DNA from: an uncultured Nitrososphaerales archaeon
GTDB taxonomy: Archaea; Thermoproteota; Nitrososphaeria; Nitrososphaerales; Nitrososphaeraceae
Reading direction: 5' to 3'
Length of the DNA stretch: 64,000 nucleotides
Assembly: GCA_963709405.1 (NCBI GenBank)
Contig: CAVPXM010000063.1
Coordinates: forward strand, 32,001 to 96,000
Made by a program: the position numbers and the translations under genes. The notes under the pieces are model-generated. The model was not told where the DNA came from. It was given only the letters and a program-made list of their open reading frames with translations, and ran no database searches. Shown here one piece after another: positions 1 to 9,207 of this stretch. The first letter of the stretch is position 1; every line of letters starts with the position of its first letter.

Positions 1-351
1 AGAATTGATGACAAGGGAGCCTTTGCTCAGATTCTTAAGCAATATTTCTATCACAGAGTAGTCATCACAATCAGAGCATGTTTTTCTTCTACCTATTTCA
101 CTCAAAACTCTTGTTACTATCGACTTGCCGCGTTCAGAAGAGATTATTTCACATGACTTGGCTGTCTTTTCCGCCCTTCTAGCTTCTAATCTAGGTACAA
201 TTAGTACAGAGCTGTTCCTTGTGCAGATTGCCACAGACTCCCCCCAAAAACCAGTAAGGTAATAGGCGTTTTCTGGCCTAAAAGCAACTATGGCATCACA
301 ATGCAACTTAGAAATAAGGTGAAGAATCTTCTCTCGTCGATCAGCCAACAT
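1..351 (-). CDS. Xaa-Pro aminopeptidase (M24) family protein, N-terminal part, runs off the window
   Basis: Manual translation from ATG at 351 gives MLADRREKILHLISKLHCDAIVAFRPENAYYLTGFWGE, a creatinase/prolidase N-domain pattern. Confidence 0.75.
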   Translation of the reverse strand, partial: MLADRREKILHLISKLHCDAIVAFRPENAYYLTGFWGESVAICTRNSSVLIVPRLEARRAEKTAKSCEIISSERGKSIVTRVLSEIGRRKTCSDCDDYSVIEILLKNLSKGSLVINS

Positions 352-436
352 GCCATGTGATGTCACATTAGAGTATTATCACCCTTACTATTCGTGTAAT
401 TATAAATACGGGACGATCGGTCTTATCGAATAGAAT

Positions 437-1579
437 ATGGAATACCTAGTGATGGTGCCTGGTCCAACCAACGTTCCAGAGAGAGTAATGAACGCGATGC
501 TTACTCCGATTATCAATCATAGAAGCGATGATTTTCGAAATCTGTACAAAACTATAGTATCGAAAACTAAACAAGTCTTCCAAACCGAGAATGATATTGT
601 CTTGCTGACAGCCTCCGGAACTGGCGCAGTCGAAGCATCAGTGATAAACATGATTAGGAGAGGAGATAAAGTTGTTATACCAGTAAACGGGGAATTTGGA
701 AATCGTCTGGCAGATTTAATCGATATGTGGGGAGGACAATCAGTTCGAGTCGTGTCACAATTCGGTGAAAATCCGCCTTACGAAGCAATTGAGGAAGCGT
801 TTGAGAAGAATGACATAAAGGCAGCTTACGCAGTCTATAACGAAACCTCTACCGGGACGACTCTCCGATACATGCAAAAGATTGGAGAATTATGTTCTAA
901 GAAAGGGGCGTTCTTCATAGCTGATGCCGTTTCCATACTGGGTGGAGATGAATTGCCTGTCGATAAATGGAATATAGATATCTGTGTAACAGCATCACAA
1001 AAGGCCCTGGCGGCTCCACCTGGCGTATCACCGATTTCAATTAGCGACCGGGCGAAAAAGTACATGAAATCGAATCCTCCCCCTACCCAATATTTTAATC
1101 TGCCAAGATACTTTAAATATTTTGAGGAAAATTTTGAAACACCGTTCACGCCATCGTTGCCACTTTATTTCGCTTTCAGTGAAGCACTGGATATCGTGTT
1201 AGAAGAAGGGATGGATAATAGAATTAAAAGGCATGCTATCTGTGCCGACGCCTTTTACAGTAGCTTAGGTATGATCGGATTTAAGCCATTTGCTAAATTA
1301 GATTCTAGGAGTAATGTCGTCATTGCCTTCAACTACTTAGATGGTATGGACGACACAAAATTCAGAACTACACTTTCAAAACAATTTAAGGTGTTGCTAG
1401 CAGGTGGTTTCGGTAAGCTTAAGGGAAAGGTATTTAGAATAGGATGTATGGGTGAAGTAAACAAGTATCATGTCATGCGCACTATTTCCTCTATCGCCTC
1501 AGTGACTAATATGATGAATACCAAGACGACAACCGAACCTTTGAGTCTTGCAGCAGAAAAATTACAAGCTATTCCATAA
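437..1579 (+). CDS. Class V PLP aminotransferase (alanine-glyoxylate/serine-pyruvate type)
   Basis: Motifs MVPGPT, SGTGAVEA, NETSTG, DAVS, ASQKAL (PLP lysine), FRIGCMG. Confidence 0.92.
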   Translation: MEYLVMVPGPTNVPERVMNAMLTPIINHRSDDFRNLYKTIVSKTKQVFQTENDIVLLTASGTGAVEASVINMIRRGDKVVIPVNGEFGNRLADLIDMWGGQSVRVVSQFGENPPYEAIEEAFEKNDIKAAYAVYNETSTGTTLRYMQKIGELCSKKGAFFIADAVSILGGDELPVDKWNIDICVTASQKALAAPPGVSPISISDRAKKYMKSNPPPTQYFNLPRYFKYFEENFETPFTPSLPLYFAFSEALDIVLEEGMDNRIKRHAICADAFYSSLGMIGFKPFAKLDSRSNVVIAFNYLDGMDDTKFRTTLSKQFKVLLAGGFGKLKGKVFRIGCMGEVNKYHVMRTISSIASVTNMMNTKTTTEPLSLAAEKLQAIP

Positions 1580-1639
1580 AAGAACACGCTTTCTCTTCAT
1601 GCGTCAAACTTAATATATGGTAAATCATTAGCGAATTTT

Positions 1640-2398
1640 ATGACTTTAGAAAAAGGTACTTTAATACTAGTTGATTATACTGCCACAATCAAAGATACTA
1701 ACCAAGTGTTTGAAACTACAAGCGAAGAAGAGGCTAAAAAAAATAATATTTACGATCCAGCTAGACGATACGGATCAAGACTTATATCGGTAGGAGAAGG
1801 ATGGGTATTGAAGGGCGTTGATGAAGCCCTTGCAAATGCAAATTCAGGTGATAAATTGAGTATTACAGTGACCCCAGATAAAGGATTTGGAGAAAGGGAG
1901 CCCAATAAGGTCAGAATGATTGCGCAGCGAAAGTTAGGCGAAAAAGCGGATGAGGTTGGGGTAGGCGACGAAATAGAGTTGGACCAACGTCGAGGAACCG
2001 TGAGATATATTGGTTCAGGAAGAGTTCAAGTAGACTTCAATCACAAATACGCTGGCCGTACTCTTATTTACGAAACTAATATTTTGAAGACAATAGATAG
2101 CATTAATGAAAAGGTTTTTCAGCTTATAAACAGAAGAATTCCAATAAATGAGGAAGTTATTGACACTAAATCCGAGACATCAACGATTGAAGTTAGCCTA
2201 CCAGAAGAGAGTTTCCTATACGAAGGATTACAAGTCATTAAAAGGGCAATCGCAGATGATATATTCAAGTTTGTCAAAGAAATTAAGACGGTTTGCTTTA
2301 TCGAGAAATACCACTCGCCTAACGAACCTGTAGCGACTGGACAAACGTCACAATCCGAGGCAAAAATTATAGAACCCTCAGAAAAGAAGGCTACCTGA
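1640..2398 (+). CDS. FKBP-type (SlyD-like, archaeal long type) peptidyl-prolyl isomerase
   Basis: VDYT..VFETT, GVDEAL, PDKGFGER, VDFNHKYAG. Confidence 0.92.
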   Translation: MTLEKGTLILVDYTATIKDTNQVFETTSEEEAKKNNIYDPARRYGSRLISVGEGWVLKGVDEALANANSGDKLSITVTPDKGFGEREPNKVRMIAQRKLGEKADEVGVGDEIELDQRRGTVRYIGSGRVQVDFNHKYAGRTLIYETNILKTIDSINEKVFQLINRRIPINEEVIDTKSETSTIEVSLPEESFLYEGLQVIKRAIADDIFKFVKEIKTVCFIEKYHSPNEPVATGQTSQSEAKIIEPSEKKAT

Positions 2399-2493
2399 CA
2401 TATCAGCATATTTTTCTTTATTACCTTCTTACCAAGATTGATGCAGCGTCGCTGTTTGTCCCGGCCGCCCGGAAATTAGACCAGTCCTGAACA

Positions 2494-3570
2494 TCATAAC
2501 ACTGAAACGGATCTGGCCAATTCGCGGGCAGATGATTTGTCTAGTTTAATTTTACTAAGTACCGTATATCTGTCAGGCCTAAGCGACCTTGCTAATATTA
2601 GCGATGAGACTATCTGTTCTTCATTCAATCCGATCTGCTCAGCTCTAGTGGGGGCGCCAACATTTCGTAGGGTATCTACGATCCTCTCCCAATCCAGCCC
2701 GTGAAGTTTTGCCATCATAATCGTACCCAGTCCGACCCTTTCACCATGAAGTCCATAACCATGGCCTGCAACGTATTCTACTGCATGACTAAACAAATGT
2801 TCAGCACCAGAACAGGGCCTACTACTACCTGCGATACAGGATGCAACGCCTGCGCTTATTAGGGCTTCTATGACGGTACGAATTTCACATCGAGTATCCC
2901 CATGTCTGCCGCCAGCAAATTTATCTATTATAATTTTTGCACTCATGAACGCAAGGTTTGCTGCGTAAGCACCGTAGTATTCATTAGTCTCATCTCTTGC
3001 AAGCTCCCAATCCTTCACTGCAGTAACCTTTGCTACGAGGTCGCCGCATCCGCTGGACAGCAGACGCTTTGGTGCTTCCAAAAGAAGCTGAGTGTCTGCT
3101 AAAACAGCCAAAGGGGTGTTCGCCTGAACCGAGAATGGTTTGTCTATTCCCCGAATTGAGACAAACGGGCTAGATATGCCATCATGCGAAGCTGAAGTGG
3201 GTATGCTTACGAAAGGCTTCCCCAGGTCAAATGCAGCCATCTTTGCGACGTCTACGGATCGCCCGCCGCCAAATCCAAGAATAACGTCAGGAACATTGGA
3301 TCTCATGGAGGTTTCTAGGTTTCTCACCGTTAACATTGTAGCATCGTTAACCACATACCACGAATCGGAAAGGGAGCAATTAACGAGCGAAGATTGACAC
3401 AACGATTGAACTCTCGACTTTACGATTCTGCCCGTCACTATCGCAAGCTTTGAGAAATTATTGTTCAAAACCGTCAAAAACGATCCCAAATCTCTAATTA
3501 CATTTGGCCCGATAAGGATCTTCCTAGGAAATTCCATCAAATGCGTTGAACTTGTATTCACACCGGCCAT
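2494..3570 (-). CDS. egsA: Glycerol-1-phosphate dehydrogenase
   Basis: GGGRSVDVAK, PTSASHDG, SSRPCSGAEHLFSHA, LHGERVG. Confidence 0.95.
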   Translation of the reverse strand: MAGVNTSSTHLMEFPRKILIGPNVIRDLGSFLTVLNNNFSKLAIVTGRIVKSRVQSLCQSSLVNCSLSDSWYVVNDATMLTVRNLETSMRSNVPDVILGFGGGRSVDVAKMAAFDLGKPFVSIPTSASHDGISSPFVSIRGIDKPFSVQANTPLAVLADTQLLLEAPKRLLSSGCGDLVAKVTAVKDWELARDETNEYYGAYAANLAFMSAKIIIDKFAGGRHGDTRCEIRTVIEALISAGVASCIAGSSRPCSGAEHLFSHAVEYVAGHGYGLHGERVGLGTIMMAKLHGLDWERIVDTLRNVGAPTRAEQIGLNEEQIVSSLILARSLRPDRYTVLSKIKLDKSSARELARSVSVL

Positions 3571-3705
3571 ATGTCTCTCATATCAGTATAACTTCATACA
3601 GGTTAACAAAAACCAAAATTCAGCAATATGCTTAACTTCCCTAACATGGAATTTTAGTTGGCTCTAGTCGGTAAACCATCTTCTGGTAAGGCATTTGATG
3701 ACGTT

Positions 3706-4041
3706 TCAATTACGGCTCGCCGAAGCATAACCTCTTCCAACCTTTGAAATTCTGATTCTAACCTTGTCACCGACGTTTGTTGCCTCTATGAAGATAACGA
3801 GACCTTCCACCCTTGCTACTCCTGCATCGCCTCGTTTGCTCATTGATTCTATCGTTACATCGAATTCCTCACCAACCAAGACCGGGGCTTGTCTGAATTG
3901 TCTGTGTCCAGAATATGGCTGTCGAATAATTGTACCATTGTGACCCATTCCTTTATCCGGCCTACACTGATCGTAGTTGGTGTCAATCTCGGATTCAGGG
4001 TCCGGTTGCTGTCCTTGTGAATGGGAATCATTAGTCTCCAA
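3706..4041 (-). CDS. TRAM-domain RNA-binding protein
   Basis: C-terminal APVLVGEEFDVTIESMSKRGDAGVARVEGLVIFI is a typical single TRAM domain. Confidence 0.85.
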   Translation of the reverse strand: METNDSHSQGQQPDPESEIDTNYDQCRPDKGMGHNGTIIRQPYSGHRQFRQAPVLVGEEFDVTIESMSKRGDAGVARVEGLVIFIEATNVGDKVRIRISKVGRGYASASRN

Positions 4042-4236
4042 ACTCTATCAGTACCATACGATTGTTCTGTACGCTATTTCAACGTAATGTTTAGAACTCG
4101 GATTTAGTTGTGTTTTTTACTCGATGGCTGGTCGTCTTTAACGAAACATCTTTAAATAGCGTTGTGGACACAAAATATGTCGTTAGAGCCTATCTTCAGG
4201 GTTAAGCTCACCATATTAGTAGTGAAATAATAAAAC

Positions 4237-6120
4237 ATGCAAAATAGTTCATCGGGAAACGAGCCTTCAAGCCAGAATATTATGGCTAGCATCCTCAATA
4301 ATATCCCGGCCGATTCAGGTCTTACTAAAATTGTTTATGAAGGACCAAGAATTGCTCTTTATGCCAAAAATACAGAATTCATTATGAAAGACACACAGGT
4401 TATTTCTAACATGGTGAATATACTTAAAAAAAGGATAGTTATACGCACTGATGAGTCTATTAGATTACCAGACAAGGAATCACTGAGGATTTTGCAACAA
4501 GTGATGCCAGCTGACGTTAAAATAAGAGAAGTATTTTTTGATGACGCGTTAGGAGAAGCCTGGGTTTGGGTTCAAAATAAATCCTTTTCATTTGAAACAA
4601 ATGAAAACATAGGTGATTTTCTGAAGAAGACGGGATGGAAGTTGGTATTAATGAGAAGTCCTAATACAATTACAACGATTAAGGAAATAAACGATGTGCT
4701 AAAGAAACGGGTGGAAGAACGTGCTCGATTTTATAAAAGTGTCGGTGAAAAAATATTTAGGTCAAAGTTGAGCAACACAGTTGAGGCGAGTGTAGTCGCT
4801 TTAGGGGGCTTTGGTGAGGTTGGAAGGTCTTGTTTTTTGCTCATTACTGATGAGAGCAAGGTCATATTTGATTGTGGAATCAACCTATATTCTCGAGATA
4901 GAATTAATGCCGTTCCCAGATTTGACACCCTTGGCATCAAAATGAATGATATTGATGCCATCGTAATTAGTCATGCGCATCTGGATCACACTGGATTCCT
5001 TCCTGTGCTTTTTAGGTATGGCTATTCAGGACCAATCTATTGCTCTGATCCTACTGTTCCTCTCATGTTTCTATTGCATAAACGGTATATCGAGGAAGCA
5101 GGGTCAGAAGCACTGTACTCGACTAAGGAGATAGAAGATATGGTTATACACACTATCCCATTGACATTTGGGAGTGTGACAGACATATCACCCGACATAA
5201 AAATAACGCTGGGTAATTCTGGTCATATTATAGGCTCTTCCGTAATCCACGTCCATATTGGGAACGGAGATCATAATCTAGTTTATTCTGGCGACTTGAA
5301 GTTTGGAAAGACGTATTCTCTTGATAACGCAGTTTGGAATTTCCCGAGGGTAGAAACACTGATAATCGAAGGAACGTACGGTGGAAAACAAGACGTATTT
5401 CCACATCGTGATGAAGCAGATACTATTCTAATAGAGAGCATAAATAATACCCTCATACGAGGAGGAAAGGTACTGTTACCTGTTCCCTCAGTAGGACTTC
5501 CACAAGAACTAATACTGACGATCAATCAATATATGACTGCGGGAAAAATTAAAAAGTCAACAATGTTGATTGAGAAAATCATAGCAGAGACGACATGTGT
5601 TTATGAAAGTAACTTGCAATATTTATCAAAGGACTTGCAAGCTGTCCTTATTCAAGGTAACGAAAATCCGTTAAGGCCGGATAATATGAAGATAGTTGAC
5701 TCAGTGGCCTTGGATGATAAGCCTGCCATTATTATGTCTCCATCTTCGATGTTGACCGGCGGACGATCTGTTCATTATTTAAAGCAAATCTGTGATTCCT
5801 CAAAAAATAAGATGATTTTTACTTCCTATCAGATGACTGGGACACTCGGAAGGAGTATTCAAGAAGGGTTCACTCGTCGGTTGGTTGAGGATAAGGAATT
5901 TGATCTCGAATGCGAAATCGAGACAATAAATGGTCTTTCTTCCCATAACGATTATAATCAATCGCTAGCATATATAAGCAGAATGAAGCAAAAGCTCAGA
6001 CGAGTATTGGTTAATCATGGAGAAAAAACAAGAGTTCAAAATTTGGCAAATTCTGTTAGCAAGATTTTCAAGATCCAAACACAACATCCGTTAGTACATG
6101 AATCAGTCAGGCTTATTTGA
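4237..6120 (+). CDS. beta-CASP ribonuclease, aCPSF1/FttA family (KH + metallo-beta-lactamase + beta-CASP)
   Basis: YEGPRIALY, LGGFGEVGRSC, SHAHLDH, GHIIGS, NHGE motifs. Confidence 0.9.
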   Translation: MQNSSSGNEPSSQNIMASILNNIPADSGLTKIVYEGPRIALYAKNTEFIMKDTQVISNMVNILKKRIVIRTDESIRLPDKESLRILQQVMPADVKIREVFFDDALGEAWVWVQNKSFSFETNENIGDFLKKTGWKLVLMRSPNTITTIKEINDVLKKRVEERARFYKSVGEKIFRSKLSNTVEASVVALGGFGEVGRSCFLLITDESKVIFDCGINLYSRDRINAVPRFDTLGIKMNDIDAIVISHAHLDHTGFLPVLFRYGYSGPIYCSDPTVPLMFLLHKRYIEEAGSEALYSTKEIEDMVIHTIPLTFGSVTDISPDIKITLGNSGHIIGSSVIHVHIGNGDHNLVYSGDLKFGKTYSLDNAVWNFPRVETLIIEGTYGGKQDVFPHRDEADTILIESINNTLIRGGKVLLPVPSVGLPQELILTINQYMTAGKIKKSTMLIEKIIAETTCVYESNLQYLSKDLQAVLIQGNENPLRPDNMKIVDSVALDDKPAIIMSPSSMLTGGRSVHYLKQICDSSKNKMIFTSYQMTGTLGRSIQEGFTRRLVEDKEFDLECEIETINGLSSHNDYNQSLAYISRMKQKLRRVLVNHGEKTRVQNLANSVSKIFKIQTQHPLVHESVRLI

Positions 6121-6133
6121 GTCGATGTATTAA

Positions 6134-6150
6134 GAACCTATCCGAAAAGT
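6134..6150 (+). mobile_element. Extra (outer) IS5-type terminal repeat GAACCTATCCGAAAAGT, preceded by TAA
   Basis: 16/17 identical to the inner left end (6307-6323) and 15/17 to the reverse complement of the right end (7247-7263). Confidence 0.8.
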
Positions 6151-6157
6151 AGTTGAG

Positions 6158-6306
6158 GTCGTAATTTAACTAATATAGGATTGAAATGATGACTAGGCGG
6201 TGTACACTCAACCCCGCCTAGATGGTTGTAATTTGATCAATATAGAATTGAAACTTAGCTGCTCCCGGATTCGAGTCACATACTCGCATTGTTGTAATTT
6301 GACTAA
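6158..6306 (+). CRISPR. Orphan CRISPR mini-array: two 30-nt repeats plus a truncated third repeat, two spacers (37 and 36 nt)
   Basis: Repeats 6158-6187 GTCGTAATTTAACTAATATAGGATTGAAAT and 6225-6254 GTTGTAATTTGATCAATATAGAATTGAAAC, half repeat 6291-6306 GTTGTAATTTGACTAA. The ATTGAAAC 3' end and spacer sizes are CRISPR-typical. No cas genes in the window. Confidence 0.8.
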
Positions 6307-7263
6307 GAACCCATCCGAAAAGTAGAGTTTTATTGAGTTACAAGCAAAGTGTGTTTGATCGATAAAGCTAAGCTGTACTGCAAGTATCTTCTGAGTTGTT
6401 GTATTGATATCAGAGGTTAGTGGAGTTGATTCATCTTACTGCATACCTGATGTTGTTTGGGACAGGATCATTGCATTGCTATCTCCATCAATACGAAGGA
6501 GGAAGAAAAAGGCTGGTCGTCCAAGAATGGATGACAGGAAGGCTATGAGTGCTATTTTCTACGTCCTACGTACAGGCTGTCAGTGGAATGCTCTACCAAG
6601 AAGTCTTGGTGCTTCAAGTACAGTACATGACAGATTCCAGGAATGGATAAAGGCTGGTGTTTTCAAGCGAATGTGGATCGATGGATTGACCATGTACGAT
6701 AAAAAAACTGGGATCGATTGGAAATGGCAGGCTATGGATGGAGTGATTACAAAAGCACCTCTTGGGGGAAAAAAGCACAGGACCAAATCCCTACCACAGA
6801 CAGAGCTAAATCAGGTACAAAACGCAGTATTCTAGTAGATGGTAAAGGTGTACCACTTGGTGTATCTGTAGATGGAGCTAACAGACATGACATGAAGATG
6901 ACCAAAGCAACACTGCAAAGCATAGTCATCTATAGACCTGAACCAACAATCAGATTAAAGCAGCACATGTGCATTGACAAAGGCTATGCCTTTCCTGAAG
7001 TATACGAATTACTAGAGAAGAGTATGGTTATACAATTCACATCAGATTAAGAGGTGAAGAAATAAGCAACAATAAAGAAGAAGAAGAAGGAATACCAAAA
7101 TACAGAGCTAGACGATGGGTTGTTGAAAGAACCCATTCTTGGATGAACAGGTTTAGACGATTGCTAATAAGATGGGAAAAGAGGATAGAGAACTATGTCG
7201 GAATGCTACATCTTGCTTGTGCTTGGATCACGTATAGAAGAGGTGGACTTTTCGCATAGGCTC
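6307..7263 (+). mobile_element. IS5-family insertion sequence
   Basis: Ends GAACCCATCCGAAAAGT and ACTTTTCGCATAGGCTC, flanked by TAA on both sides, with an IS5 transposase inside. Confidence 0.9.
6404..7259 (+). pseudogene. IS5-family transposase in three frames
   Basis: GRPRMDDRKAMSAIFYVLRTGCQWNALP, KRSILVDGKGVPL, DKGY, RWVVERTHSWMNRFRRL. A G5A6 slippery-like site lies near 6765, and there are further indels. Confidence 0.88.
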
Positions 7264-7715
7264 TAAATTAAGATAGATATCTCGAAGTAATTCTCACTTG
7301 GCCTTAGGTTTATACTCAGGATGACGATAATGGTACTAGCAATATGAATTCGTTATTCACGTGCATTCAGGAATTTTATCCCAGATATTCTTGAAGCCAG
7401 TTAGGCGCTAAGGTTTTACTCGAGGGCTAGTAATGACTAAAAGCTCTCCGGCCTATCAGGCTATTGCCGAACTTGAGAAAAAGAGTGTAACTGAGCAGAT
7501 CTCGTAGCATTGTGTTAACTACTTTTGTCATTTCTTATTTGATTCTTGCAGCTAGCACATCATCCATTTTCTCTATATTGTAGGTTGATCGACCGACTTT
7601 AGGAACACAAGAAGGTTTGATAATTCTGTGCCACTACTATAAGATGAAATATATTCCAACTTCTCACGATTAGATAAATCATACTACTTAATACTGAAAA
7701 ATGAACTACTCGACT

Positions 7716-8750
7716 TCAGATTCTAAGCTTATTTAGGATTGATTCTTCACATGGAACTGAAGTGATATTGACCATAATTTTATCTTCACTCCAAACTCTT
7801 ACTGTAGAAACGCTGACCTTAGGAGCGTCTGAATACCGTAAGACTATTGCACCGGCAGTAGATAATACGGACTGGAGGTCAGTTCCCCTTAACATACCCA
7901 CAGGGCCCTTGTATTCTTCTGCTTCAAGCAATAGGTCACGATGGTTAGCAAGTCCCGATATAATTTCATTTTCGTCCTCGTTTCTACCAACTATCAATTT
8001 TGAACCACCGGACAATCTAAAATGTCTGCCTACCTTTAGGAGTTGTATGTCATTCATTGTCATATCACGGTCACCTTTTGTGATAAGGTCCTTAAGTTTC
8101 TTTGAAAAACTTTTATCTGTTAACAAACATCCCCCTGCGGCATTGGGAGGATCAAGTATTCCATACCGCGTTGCAAGCTTAATCTGCTCTTTTCTAGATC
8201 TGCCATTTATGGAATAAAGATTCTCGCGTTTTATGAGACCGATAATCTCTGGCTCAGAAGGTGGAAGGTTACCTGCCGATAATGGTCGTACTACCTTGCC
8301 GGTCATCTGGGCAGCTCGCTCAATAATTTGCAATGCTCTCCTATTCTGACTCATTGGTCTTTGAGAGAGAACCTCTCCAGTAATTAAAAAGTCGGCTCCT
8401 ATATTTTCCATGTGCTCCTTAGCACTTTTATACATCATAGCTCTGCAATCTATACACGGATTCATACCTGAACCATAACCGTATTTTGGATTCTTCACCA
8501 TTTTCAGATATTCTTCCCCCAGATATACGGTTTTAAGCTTAATCCCCAAATCAGCTGCTACCTCCTTTAGATTGTGTCCACATCCTCTACCACAGTCGAA
8601 ATCACAAAATGGTGTTTTAATTGCTACTGCTTCCACGTCTATGCCCTGTTCTCGGATGATTCTAACTGCTAGATTACTATCAAGACCTCCAGATAATAGT
8701 GCTACTGCCTTCTTTTTCTCTGCATTGGTATCAATTTCCCGCATGGGCAT
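7716..8750 (-). CDS. ThiI/MnmA-like PP-loop tRNA thiolation protein with C-terminal DUF814/NFACT-R-like domain
   Basis: LLSGGLDS, NPCIDCR, TGEVLSQRPMSQ, AGGCLLTD, VGRHFRL, IVGRN. Confidence 0.8.
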   Translation of the reverse strand: MPMREIDTNAEKKKAVALLSGGLDSNLAVRIIREQGIDVEAVAIKTPFCDFDCGRGCGHNLKEVAADLGIKLKTVYLGEEYLKMVKNPKYGYGSGMNPCIDCRAMMYKSAKEHMENIGADFLITGEVLSQRPMSQNRRALQIIERAAQMTGKVVRPLSAGNLPPSEPEIIGLIKRENLYSINGRSRKEQIKLATRYGILDPPNAAGGCLLTDKSFSKKLKDLITKGDRDMTMNDIQLLKVGRHFRLSGGSKLIVGRNEDENEIISGLANHRDLLLEAEEYKGPVGMLRGTDLQSVLSTAGAIVLRYSDAPKVSVSTVRVWSEDKIMVNITSVPCEESILNKLRI

Positions 8751-9207
8751 AGTCTAAAAATGCTTCTGGACAACAAAGACATATAATCATATTGTTTCGT
8801 TTTCAGTACTTTGAAGACGCAGGTCTTCCCGACAAAATTTCAATACTAATGTAGGAAGCGTTGGTTTATCGAGTGTGCTTCTCACATTCTTATCGATAAC
8901 ACCAGTCTGGGAACTGAACGTGCTGAAGAAAGCTATTCAACTATGAATGACCCTTATCGGCAATACTAAAATAAACTTATATGCACTTTCTTGATAGAAT
9001 CGACTTTCTTCATAGCCATGACAAATACTCCAGAATCAGCCGACTCACCTATGGGTATTTCTCTACTCAGAATAGCTTTACTAACGATTATATCCATGAA
9101 GACATAATTATGAATTGAAATGGTCTTCGAAGCTATCACAAATTTTGACTCGTATGTGTGGGCCGCACTAGGTCTCTTTGTTGCAGGTTTGTTGGGAGTA
9201 ATAATAT

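Noticed and set aside
4185-4200. GAGCCTATC resembling an IS5 end upstream of aCPSF1
   Set aside because: Only 9 nt match and the CGAAAAGT half is missing.
6263-6274. Spacer 2 similarity to the tRNA-Pro T arm (CCGGATTCGA at ~16392), which might suggest tRNA targeting
   Set aside because: The match is only about 10 nt and the flanks do not match.
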